Assembly: GCA_030265395.1 (NCBI GenBank)
Contig: JARFYF010000002.1
Coordinates: forward strand, 57,081,372 to 57,145,371
From: Rhina ancylostomus
Lineage: Eukaryota
Length of the DNA stretch: 64,000 nucleotides
Reading direction: 5' to 3'
Notes under the pieces: generated by a model
Databases searched by the model: none
Told to the model about the DNA's origin: nothing
Seen by the model: only the letters and a program-made list of their open reading frames with translations
Translations under genes and position numbers: made by a program
Shown: piece after piece, positions 12,106 to 24,972 of the stretch
Position numbering within the stretch: the stretch's first letter is position 1
How the letters are laid out: each line of letters opens with the position of its first letter

Positions 12106-13109
12106 TAAGGACTTGCATTGCTTTTTCTCTTCACCAAATTGAAAAATGTCTTCTTGCATTAATGAGAAAAAACAAAACATTTTACATGAGAATTCCTAAC
12201 AGAAGAAGATTTTTTTTGTTATTATTCTGAAATATGTGTTCGGGTCCAATTACAAAGAGGAAAATCAATATTTCATTTTGAAAGTTTTGTAACTGGGTTT
12301 AGGAAGGAATTTGTCCCATCAGGTTCAATGCCTTCATGGACATGTGCAATCTGTCCTTTCATGAATGTTTTATTACTTGCTCTATTGGGCTTATTTGCAG
12401 CCTGAAGCTCCAGAAGCACATGACTGTTGGTTTTGCAGGATTATATTTACTGTGTGTGAATGCTTAAATTGTGTAGGTGCACGTGAAGTCAAAGAGCTGT
12501 CATTTTACTTCAAAGGCAGATGATTATTTCCAGTGCAGTCTTCAAATGACTTGTATAAAATCATTCTTTTTTGAATTGGGTTTACTGAATCTCAGCTTTG
12601 CAATAAAAATAATTGGTGTTCAAAACAAACTTTGGTACATCAAACAAAAAAGTATCCATTGGTAAGTTAATTTAAACTTGCATCTTTCTAGCTCATTACT
12701 TTTATCTTCATGTGTACAAAAAATGTTTAAAAGTAGGGGTTGCTAATTGGCATTAGCAGGAGTAGAAATCTTAATACTAAATATAAAATCTGATTGCAAA
12801 GTCTCCAGGCATTACTTCAGCAAGGTAATGCGTCCATGATGCTACATGTGGACAGGTGTTATATTTTTCACAAAGTAATATGGGTCAGAATCTGTGAACT
12901 GTGAAATAATAACATGGCATGAGTGAGTATCATGACAGGAAAGGGTTATACATCCAAAAAATGAAATCTGCAATGTGTGTTTCAAGATCAAAAATGAATC
13001 AGATTGTGTTCATGTAGATACAACTGCTGTTTAAAGAATGTTTCAAACTTTGGATGGCAGAATTCATTTCCTTTCTCTTTTTTCTATTCTGGGGAAGCCA
13101 CCATTTACT

Positions 13110-14260
13110 TCACATAATCAAAAGGACAGAGCTGACATTTATTTCAGTCAGCCAACAACAGCAACCAGAAGGTGCCTTTAGTATGGTGAGATGCCCCAGG
13201 GTGTCTCATGGAATTATCAGACAAAATGTGACACTGGGATATTTGGAGATTTCAGGCAAATGACCAAAATTTTGGTAGAAGGATTCTTTAAATGATTTGT
13301 CTTAAAGGAAGGAAGTCAGGTAGAGAAGTTTAGTAAGGGAATTCTGGAGCTTGGGATCTTGGCAGCCAAAGACATGGCCATGGGCGGAGGTTTGGGAATG
13401 CACAGAAGACCAGAAAGAGAGGAGCACTGCTATCTTAAGGGTTGTAGGCTTGAAATTACAGAGAGAGAGTGGGATAAGAACATCTAAAGGAGGATGTGAA
13501 TTTTAAAGCAGATGTGTTGCTTCACAGTATGCCAGTGTAGGTCAGCATCTATGATGCAGTGATGGAGCTATATGGGTTAGGACATGTGCAACAGGTTTTG
13601 CAAGTGACCTTTGTGGCACAGAAGTCTGAAGCAAAGACCATTCCCAATGGGAAAGCCTAATCACCTTCATTTGCCACTTAACAGCATTGCTTTTGCTGAA
13701 TTTTCCATCAACCACATGTGTGGTGAGGACTCCTTGACTTGGAATCATTAAATGAGCCTCATAAATCCTGTAACTATAATAACAGGTGCAGGTCACAGCC
13801 TAAGTATTCTGGGCAAGTAACTCACCTCAGATTACTGCAAAGACTTTTCTCTCTCTACATGCATGAGTTAGGAGTGTGCTCTCCACAGGCCTGGATGAGT
13901 GCAGCTCCAACTTAAGTGGGTGGCGGCACCACCGAGGGCAGTGAAGCTTACTGGACTGGTGCCCTTACCACCAAGGTACTCTGTGCCATCTATAAATGGA
14001 CTGCATGTGCCTGTTAACTTTTCTTCATCAGCTCCTCACAAGCCTGCAGCCTCTTACACCTTGAAGGATGAAGGGTGCTGGCTACTAACTTCCCCTCAAG
14101 ATTAGCAAAACAACCTGGTTTGGAAATAGTTGCTATTCTTTCATTGTCCCATTGGAACTTCCAATTTAACAGTATTGTAGATAGCTTCACATGCAGTGTT
14201 TGAAGGTGTTGGCTCACCATCTGCTGGGCCTGCCCAAGATGCCCACATCCTGAATGAATA
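13110..14260. mobile_element. Degenerate L2-type LINE 3' fragments in opposite orientations
   Basis: About 13110-13600 resembles an L2 3' end on the minus strand. About 13640-14260 resembles the 3' part of the LINE at 48070-50050 (gctcaccat...gatgcccacatcctgaatgaa tail). Confidence 0.5.
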
Positions 14261-15169
14261 GAGAAGGTACAGTTCAGAGAGTAAAATGTGGAAATCTACC
14301 AACAAGTGCTTTGAATTAGTCAAGTTCACTCTCTGAAAAGGCTTGGATTAAGATTTCATCAGAATACAAGATGAGGCAGAGACAAAGTCAGGCAATGTTA
14401 CTGTTGAAAAATGAAGGGACCGAGTTGAGTGATTGATAGGGGTAAAGTTTAACAACAAAGTTGCACAGTGTGATTCAGTCTCAGGTAGATGCTGCAGAAA
14501 GGGATGATGTCATACTGTATCTGAACAGCATTAAAATAAGGTGCGAAATCCAATTTTGTATCACGTAAGATATAGACAATTTTTCGACAATGACTTAACT
14601 GAGTTTTCTGGATCAGGATGCTAACCTCTTTACAGCCTACTCAGATGTAATCATGTGTAGTCACTGCTATTATGAAGAGAGGCACCATACAGATGCAGAA
14701 TGATAATTGTTTTACAGATACCCACTGACACAATTGCCCATTGGTCGAAAGTATTTCAGTCTGTCACTTCAAATCATTCAGACATTTTTAATTATATTTC
14801 ACTGGAGCAGACTGTAGAGCAAAATGCTTTGTATTTCATTTTTAAGATACTTGGTTACAAAGTGCATCAGCCCTTTTGTCTGTGCCCAGTGTTCTCTCTC
14901 TCAGTATAATTTAAAACTATTGGTAAAAAAACAAGAACATTTATATTAAGTAGCAAAGTTCAGGTTTGTATTTATAACTGAAGTAACCCTCCTTGCAGTT
15001 GTCCTTGAATATTATAAAATCAAATAGCTATTGCTTTCTATTTGTGGTTCGGTTTGGTGAAAGTGCCACACAGTTGGGTAGTGGTGTGACTTTATTCAGG
15101 GGAATATATTGACTTGCCCCTCAAGAGATTGTGTTAAACAATGAGAAATCTTGGTATTCATAAATACAA

Positions 15170-15660
15170 AAGTGACATGACAGGATGGTTAAAAACATGC
15201 AGGTTAAATGGGTTTATGAAATAAGGAACACTCTGCAACATTCTAAGTTTCTTTTAGGCCTTTGTCATAGTGTTGTCAACAATTCTGGGCATGCTAAAGG
15301 AAAGATGTGAAGGTCTCATAAAGGTTGCAGTGAATATTTACCTTACTGTTTTCAGCAATGGGAGACTACAGTTATGCTGGGAAATTGAAGAGGTTAAGAG
15401 ATGACATAGTGGAAATTTTTTTCAGAAACTGGATGGCTGCCCGCTATTGCTTCTGATGAGTGAGGGGATAAACATGGGTCATGGACTTAAAGTCACTGGC
15501 AAAAGATCAGGGAAATAAGGAGAGCTATTTTTCACTGAGACTGCTGAAACCTGCAATGGACCACTAGAAATGATGGTGGAAGCTGCTTCCTCAAAGTAAT
15601 TTTTATAAGGAAGTTAGCTTGGCAATTGAGGATAAGGAACCTACAGAATTGCAAAGAACT
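15170..15660 (+). mobile_element. Degenerate CR1 LINE 3' fragment
   Basis: caattctggg...aaaggaaagatgtgaagg...aggttaagagatgacata, matching the QFW.P..RKD / RLRGDL region. Confidence 0.55.
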
Positions 15661-17134
15661 TGAATGTTTTAATTATCCTGTATTGTAATTTTCAGTGTTT
15701 CCATGATTGACAACATTGTTCATGTCAATTTTAAAGGAAAACAGTCTCAGTGATGTTCACTGTTTTAACCTATATTCAAGTAGTGATTAAGGCCTTTTGG
15801 AGTTTATCAAAAAAGTAAACAAAATGAGGAAAGTGCCTGTGTGGATCAAATGCACAGGCAATGCTATGCATTCTTTTTGCAACTGAAACAGATGGAAAAT
15901 TTAATACACTACTTTGGCACTTTGTTTTTACTTTGGTTCAGTCTGGAGGGACTTTGATTTTTATTCAGTAAAATATAAAAGCATCAAATGTTTTCATTAT
16001 TCTGAAATTTGCTGTTCAACATTCCATTCATTTATCAGCAATACAAATTGCAGGTGTTGGTACATTGAGAAAGTATGTTTCACCTTTTGTTAGATTTGCG
16101 AATCAGAATTTATCTGGTGGTACAAAACAATCATACAGATATTTCAATTGTTCTAATCACATTATTAATCACAGCAGTCCTAATTAATTCCAAGTGTCTT
16201 GTTTCATTGCCACCTAGGCTTGTTGAATAAATATCTGGCCAAATCAATTTCTCAGAACATTGATTTGTCTTCATTGGGAATCAATCTGTTAAAAGTTAAG
16301 ATACACACTTCACCCAGAAGCTGCAGTGAGAAGCCGAGTGCCAATTTTGTTGTGGTTTAAAATAATTTTGAAAGCATATCAAGGCAAATCTTTCAATGTA
16401 ATCCAATATTTGGATTAGAAGATTACACAAAAGCAAAAGAGGTGCAACTGTCTCCAGTTAGATTGAACACTTGTTTTCAGACTGAAATAATTTTAAATGA
16501 GCCTCAAGACAATGTCAGGTTTATCACTGAAGCTCTGTACAGTAGCTGAAGCAAAGCACGTGCATTTCTTTGGGTAGGAGAAGCAGTATAATTCAGAAAT
16601 TCCTGTTGGCAAAAGGTGTTCACTGTGGACTGATACCTGACATTTGGGTGAGGGGAGGAAAGAAAGCAAGTAATCTCACTGGGTTTAGTTGCTACGTCGA
16701 CATGACTTTTGCTTAAGTCATCCTCTGCAATAACTTCACAATAGTATGTATCAGATCTGAACATCTGAGTTCCAATTTCGCAAATAAAATCAAGTATCAA
16801 AATGGTTCCCATTCATTGCTAGCCAACTTAATATATTGTTCTGAATCTCAGGATTCAAAATACAATTTCATTGCCATTATGTCACAATTCTCATATTTTC
16901 TTATGACCTACAAGAAGATCATTCAGCTCTGAGTTCATGCCAGTTCAAAGACCATTCCCATCCGTCCCATTTTACCCATTTATTTCCCTGTAACCTGTTT
17001 GCACATGGCCAACAACTCCCCCTAACTTTCCTGCCTACACTTAAGATGGGTCCAAATATGTGCATGTTTGTCCTGTATATTTTTTTAAAAAATGATCATA
17101 AGGGTTGTGATTTAAGAAAAAACTTGTACATTTA

Positions 17135-17600
17135 AAATAAAAACAGTAAATGATGGCAATTCTCAGCAGGTCAGGTCACACCTGTGGACATCTGATGATA
17201 ATGGATCTATGACCTGAAATGTTAACTGTTTCTCTTCTCACAGATGTGGCCTGACCTGCTGAGTCTTTATAGTGTTTTCTGTGTTATTTANNNNNNNNNN
17301 NNNNNNNNNNNNNNNNNNNNNNNNNNNNNNNNNNNNNNNNNNNNNNNNNNNNNNNNNNNNNNNNNNNNNNNNNNNNNNNNNNNNNNNNNNGTTTCTCTTC
17401 TCACAGATGTGGCCTGACCTGCTGAGTATTTATAGTGTTTTCTGTTTTATTGATTTTTTCAGCATTTGGAATGGTAAAAGATGGGAATTACAAATCTTGA
17501 TTCCCCCTAGATGATGGGGTCCATAGAGGTTAAGCTAAGGCAAAAAGGGAGGAAAATTTCAGCATTAGATTTCCAGCATTTGCAGTTTTATTGATTTTTA
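17135..17600. mobile_element. Penelope-terminus fold-back element interrupted by a gap and a CR1-derived insert
   Basis: ctcagcaggtcagg ... cctgacctgctgag inverted pair; ends gatttccagcatttgcag. Confidence 0.6.
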
Positions 17601-17989
17601 AAACTTGTGAATTGCTTAATTTTACTTGCTTATTGTAGTCTAAAAATCAACCAAGCAGAATTTGAAAATCAACCTTAGACTTTGCCTTAGAATTGAATAT
17701 TATTTACATGAGATCAACTTTTGCAGTTCAAAAATGTAATTCAATTCAGAAAAAAGCTGTAGAAAATTGGCAAATAGTGTCCTGCTGTGCTTAATAATAT
17801 CAATTAAAGTAGTACAATGAATGTATGAGTTGAGAGTGCAGATGGGCACAAGGAAGTGTGATATCTTTGGAATTACCAAAAGATGGCTTAAGGAAGAGCA
17901 GGAATGGAAACTCCATGTTTCTGGTTGTTGGAAAGGGGGGTGGGGAGGGGGGAATGTTGGTGATAAGAGCCTGTGAAAGGGAGGGGTTT

Positions 17990-20460
17990 TGATAACATTT
18001 GGGGAGAGATGATGTCTTAGACAGATGATCAAAAGGGTGAATAGAACAACAAAGGGGCAATGACAAACCTGAGTGAGAAACTAAAGAAAATTTGTAGCAG
18101 ACTTCTGACAAGTGCAGGAACAAGGCAGTAATAATTGGACAATCTCAATCATCCTGGGGTATGGTCAGTATAAAAGGTTTGGGGGTACTTAATTCCTGAA
18201 GTGGATTTTCAGCCAAAATGTAGCAAGTTGTATGGCAGGAGGTGGGAATGGGGATGGGTAGGGAGGTGCAGAGGGTGGTTGGTTAAAGCTTAATCTGGAT
18301 TTAGTTTTTGGAAATACAGCTCAGATGGAAAGATTATTGGTGGCAGAGCACTTTTGTGGTGACAATCATAATTCAGCTAGATTTAGCATGTTTAAACAAA
18401 AGGCTGAAGATTTAAAAAAATTCTGATTAGGGGACAAGCAAATTTTATTAAGTTGAGAAATAATTTTGGAAAAATAGTCAGGAAACAACTACTTAAAGGT
18501 AAATTGATGCCAAGGGGGTGGGGAGGTGTTATTTAGGAAGGCAATTCAAGGTAAATGGGTTCCTACAGTAATGAAAGGTAGGAGTTCCAGATGTAGATCC
18601 CCCGGATGATGGGGTGCGTACAGGTTAAGCTAAGGCAAAAAGGGAAGAAAATGTCAGACATGGAGAAGCTCAATACTGGAGAAAGCCTAAAAATGTACAG
18701 TAACTGCTGGGGTGAAATTAAAAGGGAAGTTAGGAAAGCAAAGATGGTTTGAAAATAATGGCATGTACAATCAAGAATTATGATTTTGTAAAGAGCAAGG
18801 GGGGAAAATAGAAAGGGTGACAGGGAAAGAGATGAAAAGCATAATGTGTGGGAGGTGGAAGATGTGGATATAGTCTTAATGCATAGGTAATGCCATCATC
18901 ACAGAAGAGGGGGTTGATGGTGATGTTATAGTTAGTTGAACAGGAAGTGTGGATGGGGAGAAGCATACTAACAGGAACTATTAAGAGCCTTGGAATCTAT
19001 GAAATTGGATAAGTCGACTGGCCTGGATCAACAATAATCCCACTCTTAGAAGCAGAGGAAATAACAGTCTCTGAACATCATTTTTGAATCCTCCCTGGTT
19101 ACAGGAGTGGTACCAGATGGTTGGAGAGCTGCTAGTGTTGGCAGTGTTATTTATAAAGGGAGGAAGGGATAAACTGAGTAATAAAAGGCTAGTCTTTTAA
19201 TTCTGGCAGTAGGCAAATCATTGTAATCAATTTAGAGGAACAGTGTAAACCTTAGAAATGCATGATTAATCAAAGTCTTTCAGTATTGATTTGAAAAGGA
19301 AAGACTGCATCTGATAAATGATGGCATTTTTTGAGGATGTTACAAGGAAAGTTGATCATGTCAATGTATCTGATGTAGATTACCTGGATTTTAGCAAAAC
19401 TTCTGATAAGGTTCACAAACTGGATTAACCAAGCAACTTCCTGTTAGTCTGCTTATCCCATTCACTCTCCCTGTTTAACTACAGCATCAGCTTCAACCCT
19501 CTTTTGTGATGACAGCCTTGACACATGCATTAAGAACTTTATCCACATCTTCTGCTTGCACACACATGGAATTCAAGGGAGAGTGGCAAATTGTATTCAA
19601 AATTGGCTGAATGGCTGGAAGCAATAGGTGATGGTTGACAGGTTTTTTTGCCTCTGGAGGCTGTTTCCCAAGTACTTTTTGCAGAATATATTACTCAGAC
19701 AAATGTGCATAGCAAGAAGATATTTGCAGATGACATAGAAATTGTCCATATGGTTGATAAGAGGGAAAGAGAGATGGATTGCCATTTGGGTAGAAAAGTG
19801 GCAAATGGATTTCAATCCAGAGAAGTGTGAGGAGGTGCAATCAAAGAAATGAACAATACATAAGTTGATACTGAGACATGTGGAGGAGCAGATATCTTAA
19901 AGTGTACAAGCAGAGGACAGGTTGAAAAGGTGGTTAAAAGGACATTTGGGATTCTTCCTCTGATTAGCCAAGCCTTTGTAATAAAGACCAGAGAGCTTAT
20001 GGTCATCAGTTAGGCCACACTTTGAGTACCATGTGCAATTCTGGACAGGAGCACTAGAGAGGGTGCAGAGGGTACTTATGAGAATGTTGCCAGAACAAGA
20101 AATGTTTAGCGATGATGAGATAGGGTTGGATAGCCTGGAGTTGTTTGTAACAGGGGAGATTCAATTAAGGTGTATAAAATTTGGAATTCCTCAGTAGAAG
20201 AGTGAAAACTATGCAATGTACATTGGAAATAATCGGTCAAGCAATTGAAGGGGATATGTGAGTAAGATCTTTCACCCAGAGGATGATAGGTGTCTGAAAC
20301 TCACTGCCTGAAAGGGTGATAGAGGCTGAAATCCTTTTCCTCATCATATTTAAAAAATATTTGTCTATGTATTTGAAGGTCTGTGACCTGGGGTGCCACA
20401 GGCCACGTGTTGGAAGGTGGGATTGGATTGAGTAAGTCGTCTCCAACTGGCTGACCAGTT
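17990..20460 (+). mobile_element. Degenerate CR1 LINE ORF2 (endonuclease to RT to 3' UTR)
   Basis: Motifs in order: LDLVFGN (about 18293), YLDFSKTSDKV (19381), HGIQG (19565), FADDIEI (19722), LEYHVQFW, ALERVQR. Many stops and frameshifts. Confidence 0.85.
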
Positions 20461-21179
20461 GCTACTTGAATCATAAATTTTAAGAGTTTGGAAAAGTAAA
20501 GCTGCTTACCAGTTTAAAATGGCAATTGTGTTGTTGCATTGTCACCGATTTGCTGTTATTACCAATTCTGGCTCACATGCAACACCAGAGTTGACTTTCA
20601 ACTTCCAGGNNNNNNNNNNNNNNNNNNNNNNNNNNNNNNNNNNNNNNNNNNNNNNNNNNNNNNNNNNNNNNNNNNNNNNNNNNNNNNNNNNNNNNNNNNN
20701 NNNNNNNNNCACCAGAGTTGACTTTCAACTTCCAGGTGAAGTGATATTGCAAAATGTTTAGATGTAACATTCCAGCAATACAATACAGCAGTTCCTCTCA
20801 GAGCAGCCAGGGATTTTGCCAGTGTGAGTCTTATCCCTGATAGGGGGAAAACACTGCCTCCCCAGTTAACTTGGGGAGTTTCCATTTATCTGTACTAATT
20901 TAATTTTTTGTAGCCTACTCCTGGCTAACTTATTTGCATGTTTGAAGGCCAACTTCACACATGTTCTTTCGACAGTCAAAATGCCAGAAACCAGGAATGT
21001 TATGGCGAACTCTCCATCTGCATGGTTCAGTGAAGATGCAGCATCACTTCAGAAGCAAGAAGTTTGACACCATCTAGGACAAATTATCTCCCTTACTTGA
21101 CACCTCATTCACCACCCTGCCTGTTTACTCATTACACCACTGGCAAACTGACATTCTTTGTTTTTTATGTCCAATCAGG

Positions 21180-21510
21180 AAAACGTATTGCAGGAACTCA
21201 CCAAAGCTTCTTTCGTTGCACCTTCCAAACCCCTGACTTCTCGCTCCTGGGCACCAGGCACATGGCAACTCCACCGCCTACAGTTTTCTCTCCAAGCCAC
21301 ATGATGAACTCACTCAAAAATGAGTTGCTCTTCCTTCATCATTGCAGGATCAAAACCCAGGAATAACTTCCTAGCTGCAGCACTGGAAGTACAATACACC
21401 ATAAGAAAAGTAGCATTCCAAGTGGATAGCTCTTCAGCTTCACCCAAAGAGAGTTGGCCTTGAAAGTGTTGGCCTTGCGGTCAATAGCTACAGCCAATGA
21501 CTGAGTGCAA
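21180..21510 (+). mobile_element. L2-type LINE 3' tail fragment
   Basis: gcaccttccaaacccctgac...ttccttcatcattgcaggatcaaaacccaggaa, similar to 49660-50050. Confidence 0.45.
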
Positions 21511-21823
21511 ATTGTTCAACACTTCAAGGAGTTTTAAGGGATGTGATGTCTTACAGCGAGCAGCCATGCCCTGAGAATTACATATATTTCTTTGTAGAGT
21601 TAGTTGACATTGATTATTTAGCCTATAGTTGCAATTGAAATTTGCTGTGTCACAGCTGGAAACCTAATGCCTGGACATACCAGAATTCTCCTTGCAGAGG
21701 AAGAGGCAGAATTCTTTGAAGAATTAATCTATTCACATTTGCGTTAATCTAAGAGTTTTGAAATAGTAACAAGTTTACTAAAGTACATTTCCATATTCTA
21801 ACAAAGTAATAATGAATTTAAAT

Positions 21824-21847
21824 TTATTATTATTATTATTATTATTA
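21824..21847 (+). repeat. (TTA)8 microsatellite
   Basis: Directly read. Confidence 0.9.
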
Positions 21848-23204
21848 TATGTTGCAGCTTTGCAGATAGTTTCAGATCACATGAGGTAAATCATAATGTA
21901 ATCTCCAACTTTAATCTGTTCAAATGTCATGGTTGAAATCTAACATCACATTATGGCTGGTATACTGTGAGTCAAAACTTAGTTTCACAAATTAAAATAA
22001 ATTATTCCATAATTGTTCAGGCTAATTTAACATAAGAAATAGGAACAGATGCATGTATTTTGGTCCTTGGGCCTGCCATGGCTGATTTTCTACCTCAACA
22101 ACACCTTCCTGAACTATCCTTCATATCCCTGATTTCCAAAATCTGTGAAGAATCTTCTTCATTTTTCCCCTCAATTTGCTGGCACTTAAATTTTGGACTT
22201 CCCGGCCAGGGAAAACATTCTCTCAGAATCTAATGGACAAGCCTGCCAAGAATTTTATTTGAATCAAGTCACATTTCAATTTCTTAAACTCAAGGGAATA
22301 AACACCTAATCTATTGAGTCTGAAGATCCAAATGCACTACATTTTCAGATTTCCCCACTGTCCAACCAATCAGTTACAGAGTATCTCAAAGGAATTTAAG
22401 TAAATGGTGGAATCTGCCATACCTCAAATTTCCTTGATTTCAACTAGCCCACCAATTACTTTCTATAGAAGGCAACATCTTCCTCCTGAGAATGTGTCCT
22501 GCTGTAGGATAAAGGATGCCAGAGGATCAATACTTGTCTGACAGTAATGTGTTCCCAAAAGGGCATGACACTGAAGAAATGTTTCTTTGTATCATGCCTC
22601 ATCTTTTGTCTAATATGTATTCCACTTATTTCCTCAACATCTCAAATATCCTGTCAAACTGAAAAGAGATGCACTTCATCATTATTTTAAAATAAACCCA
22701 GTGGTAGCCAAGAGCCTGAACAATGGGTATAATGTACTTGTGTGTATGGGAATTGCTTTCATCACAGTATCTTCCACAGTTTCAGTGTCTTGTCATACAT
22801 GGGAACAGCTGAATGCAATTCTTACTATGTACCAATCTATGTCTGATTATTTTTCTTTCACTGAGCCCTAGTGTAACCTCAGAATCATTTTCTAATAGCA
22901 TTATCTTACTATTGTAGGCCTCTTGGAATTTATCTGCTTTAGTTCCTGGGCACACCTCCTAGTTTGTAACCTTGAACTGGTCCTCTTGCATTGTATCCAT
23001 CTGGCTCCAGTTCACTGACACTAATGTACAACTTATCATCGTACAATTCATTTTTTTTAAAGGAAATTCCTCATGCAAATTCCACAAATTTATCTCAGTC
23101 TCTTGTGTTCAATTTGGTTTTAAAAAACTGAAAACTGTCACGCTCTGTCATTTAATAACTTTTCCAGACAAATGATGGAAAGATGACAGTAAAAATAAAC
23201 TAAA

Positions 23205-23490
23205 CTATTGATGCTGGAAATGTGAAACAAAAATAGAAAATGCTGGAAACATTATGTCAGACAGCATCTGTGGAACAAGTAAACACTTTACAGGTGGGGC
23301 AGCATCTATAGAACAGTTAACACTTTAGGTCTGAGACCATTCATCAAAACTATGAAAGAGGGCAGTTCCTTTTGCCTTGTATATGCAATGGATAAAGTAT
23401 TTTATAGAGATAAAAGTGATAGCAGATGCTGAAATCTGGAGCAACACACAAGATGCTGGAGGAACTTGGCAGATCAGGCAGCATCTATAA
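23205..23490. mobile_element. Two adjacent Penelope-like terminal fragments
   Basis: gatgctggaaatgtgaaacaaaaatagaaaatgctggaa and gcagatgctgaaatctggagcaacacacaagatgctggaggaact...caggcagcatctat. Confidence 0.6.
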
Positions 23491-24304
23491 ACTATCAAGT
23501 TTATTGTATGTGAGACAGCATTATAACAACGATTTGTAAAGATTTGTTCAGAGAAAAAAAAAATCAAGCTTTGTGAAAAGGTGTAAAGATACCCAAATGA
23601 AAATTGCACTTCAAGTAGTTCATAAGATGATTTGCCTCGCTTTGATTGTTGAATTTTAATTGATGCCCTGATTTTAGCTTATTTTTAATCTGCCCTGCAT
23701 TTTTATACTTTGTATTAATTTGGTTTTATTCTGAATGTTTCTCCATCCCTTTAGCTGCTAACTATGGTTGCATTAGCATTAAAATTCTGCTCAGCTTATC
23801 TGTACACAGCAGTAGTTGAGATCCCATGATATTTACAGGTTGAAAGAATCAGCAAGCAGTTCTATCGGTTTGCACTTAAAGAAAGAATCAGCTGTCATTG
23901 CACTTAAAGAAATATAGCTTTTCTTTACTGGTCTAACTTGCTTTTCTCTCATCTACTCAAACGATCACTGTGGTTTTGTTTTCACAATTCTAGATGGATT
24001 TTGTAATGGGTATTAAGCATAAATCCACAATTTCAGTCAGTTGTTATGATGGTGCTGTGGCATTTGCAAGCTTGACTAGATAGCGATGAAAGTCCCTTTC
24101 CGTCATTTACATTTTTGTGTCTGCTTGTATTCATAATGGTTCATTGTTCAGCAGTATTCTGTAGTGGAAAAGCATAATGGCACAAGGCATGTAGATTTTG
24201 TAAAACTTAATGATATAATTCTACATTTAAAGATTTCAAAAGTTAGATGTGCTAAAATAAAAAGATAGATAGTCTTTATCCTGAACTTTCATTCAATATA
24301 TTCA

Positions 24305-24972
24305 TGGCATCAACCTCCCCTCCACTTCTCGCTGCCTCAGGAAAGCAACCAACATAAACAAGTACCCCTTCCACCCTGGTCATTCTCTCTTCTCCCTCTT
24401 CCATCAGACAGTACATAGATAAGTATGAGAGCACGAGCAACCAGAATCAAGGAGAGCTTTTCTCCCCCCACTGTTATCAGACTCTTAAACTCACCTCTCA
24501 TATGCCAAAAGATGAACTCTGTCACAATGTTGATCTGGAGCAAACTCAGAGAACCCAAATGCAGCACACTGATACAAGACTGGAGTCAGGATACNNNNNN
24601 NNNNNNNNNNNNNNNNNNNNNNNNNNNNNNNNNNNNNNNNNNNNNNNNNNNNNNNNNNNNNNNNNNNNNNNNNNNNNNNNNNNNNNNNNNNNNNCATGGA
24701 ATCCATGTGCTGGACAACAAGGCATTAATGGAGCCAAATTGAGGACCAGAACTCAGAACCATGACACTCTTGATCTCCCATTCTACCTCATCATGGCCCT
24801 TACACTTTGCCTGCCTGCATTGCACTTTCTCTGTAACTGCAACACTGTATTCTGCACTCTGTTTTCTCTTTACTACCTTGAAGTAATTTTGCATGGAATG
24901 ATCTGTCTGGATGGCATGCAAAACAAAAGCTTTTCACTGCATCTTGGTACATGTGACAATAGTAAACCAATA
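24305..24972 (+). mobile_element. Rex1/Babar-like LINE 3' end with a nested insertion
   Basis: HPGHSL...MRARATRIKESFSPPTVIRLLN followed by the same 3' UTR as 35040-35250; interrupted at 24520-24766. Confidence 0.7.
24520..24766. mobile_element. Solo-LTR-like insertion (gap inside)
   Basis: Termini TGTCA...TGACA; the host sequence gaactcttg is split with a 3-4 bp (CTC/ACTC) duplication. Confidence 0.5.
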
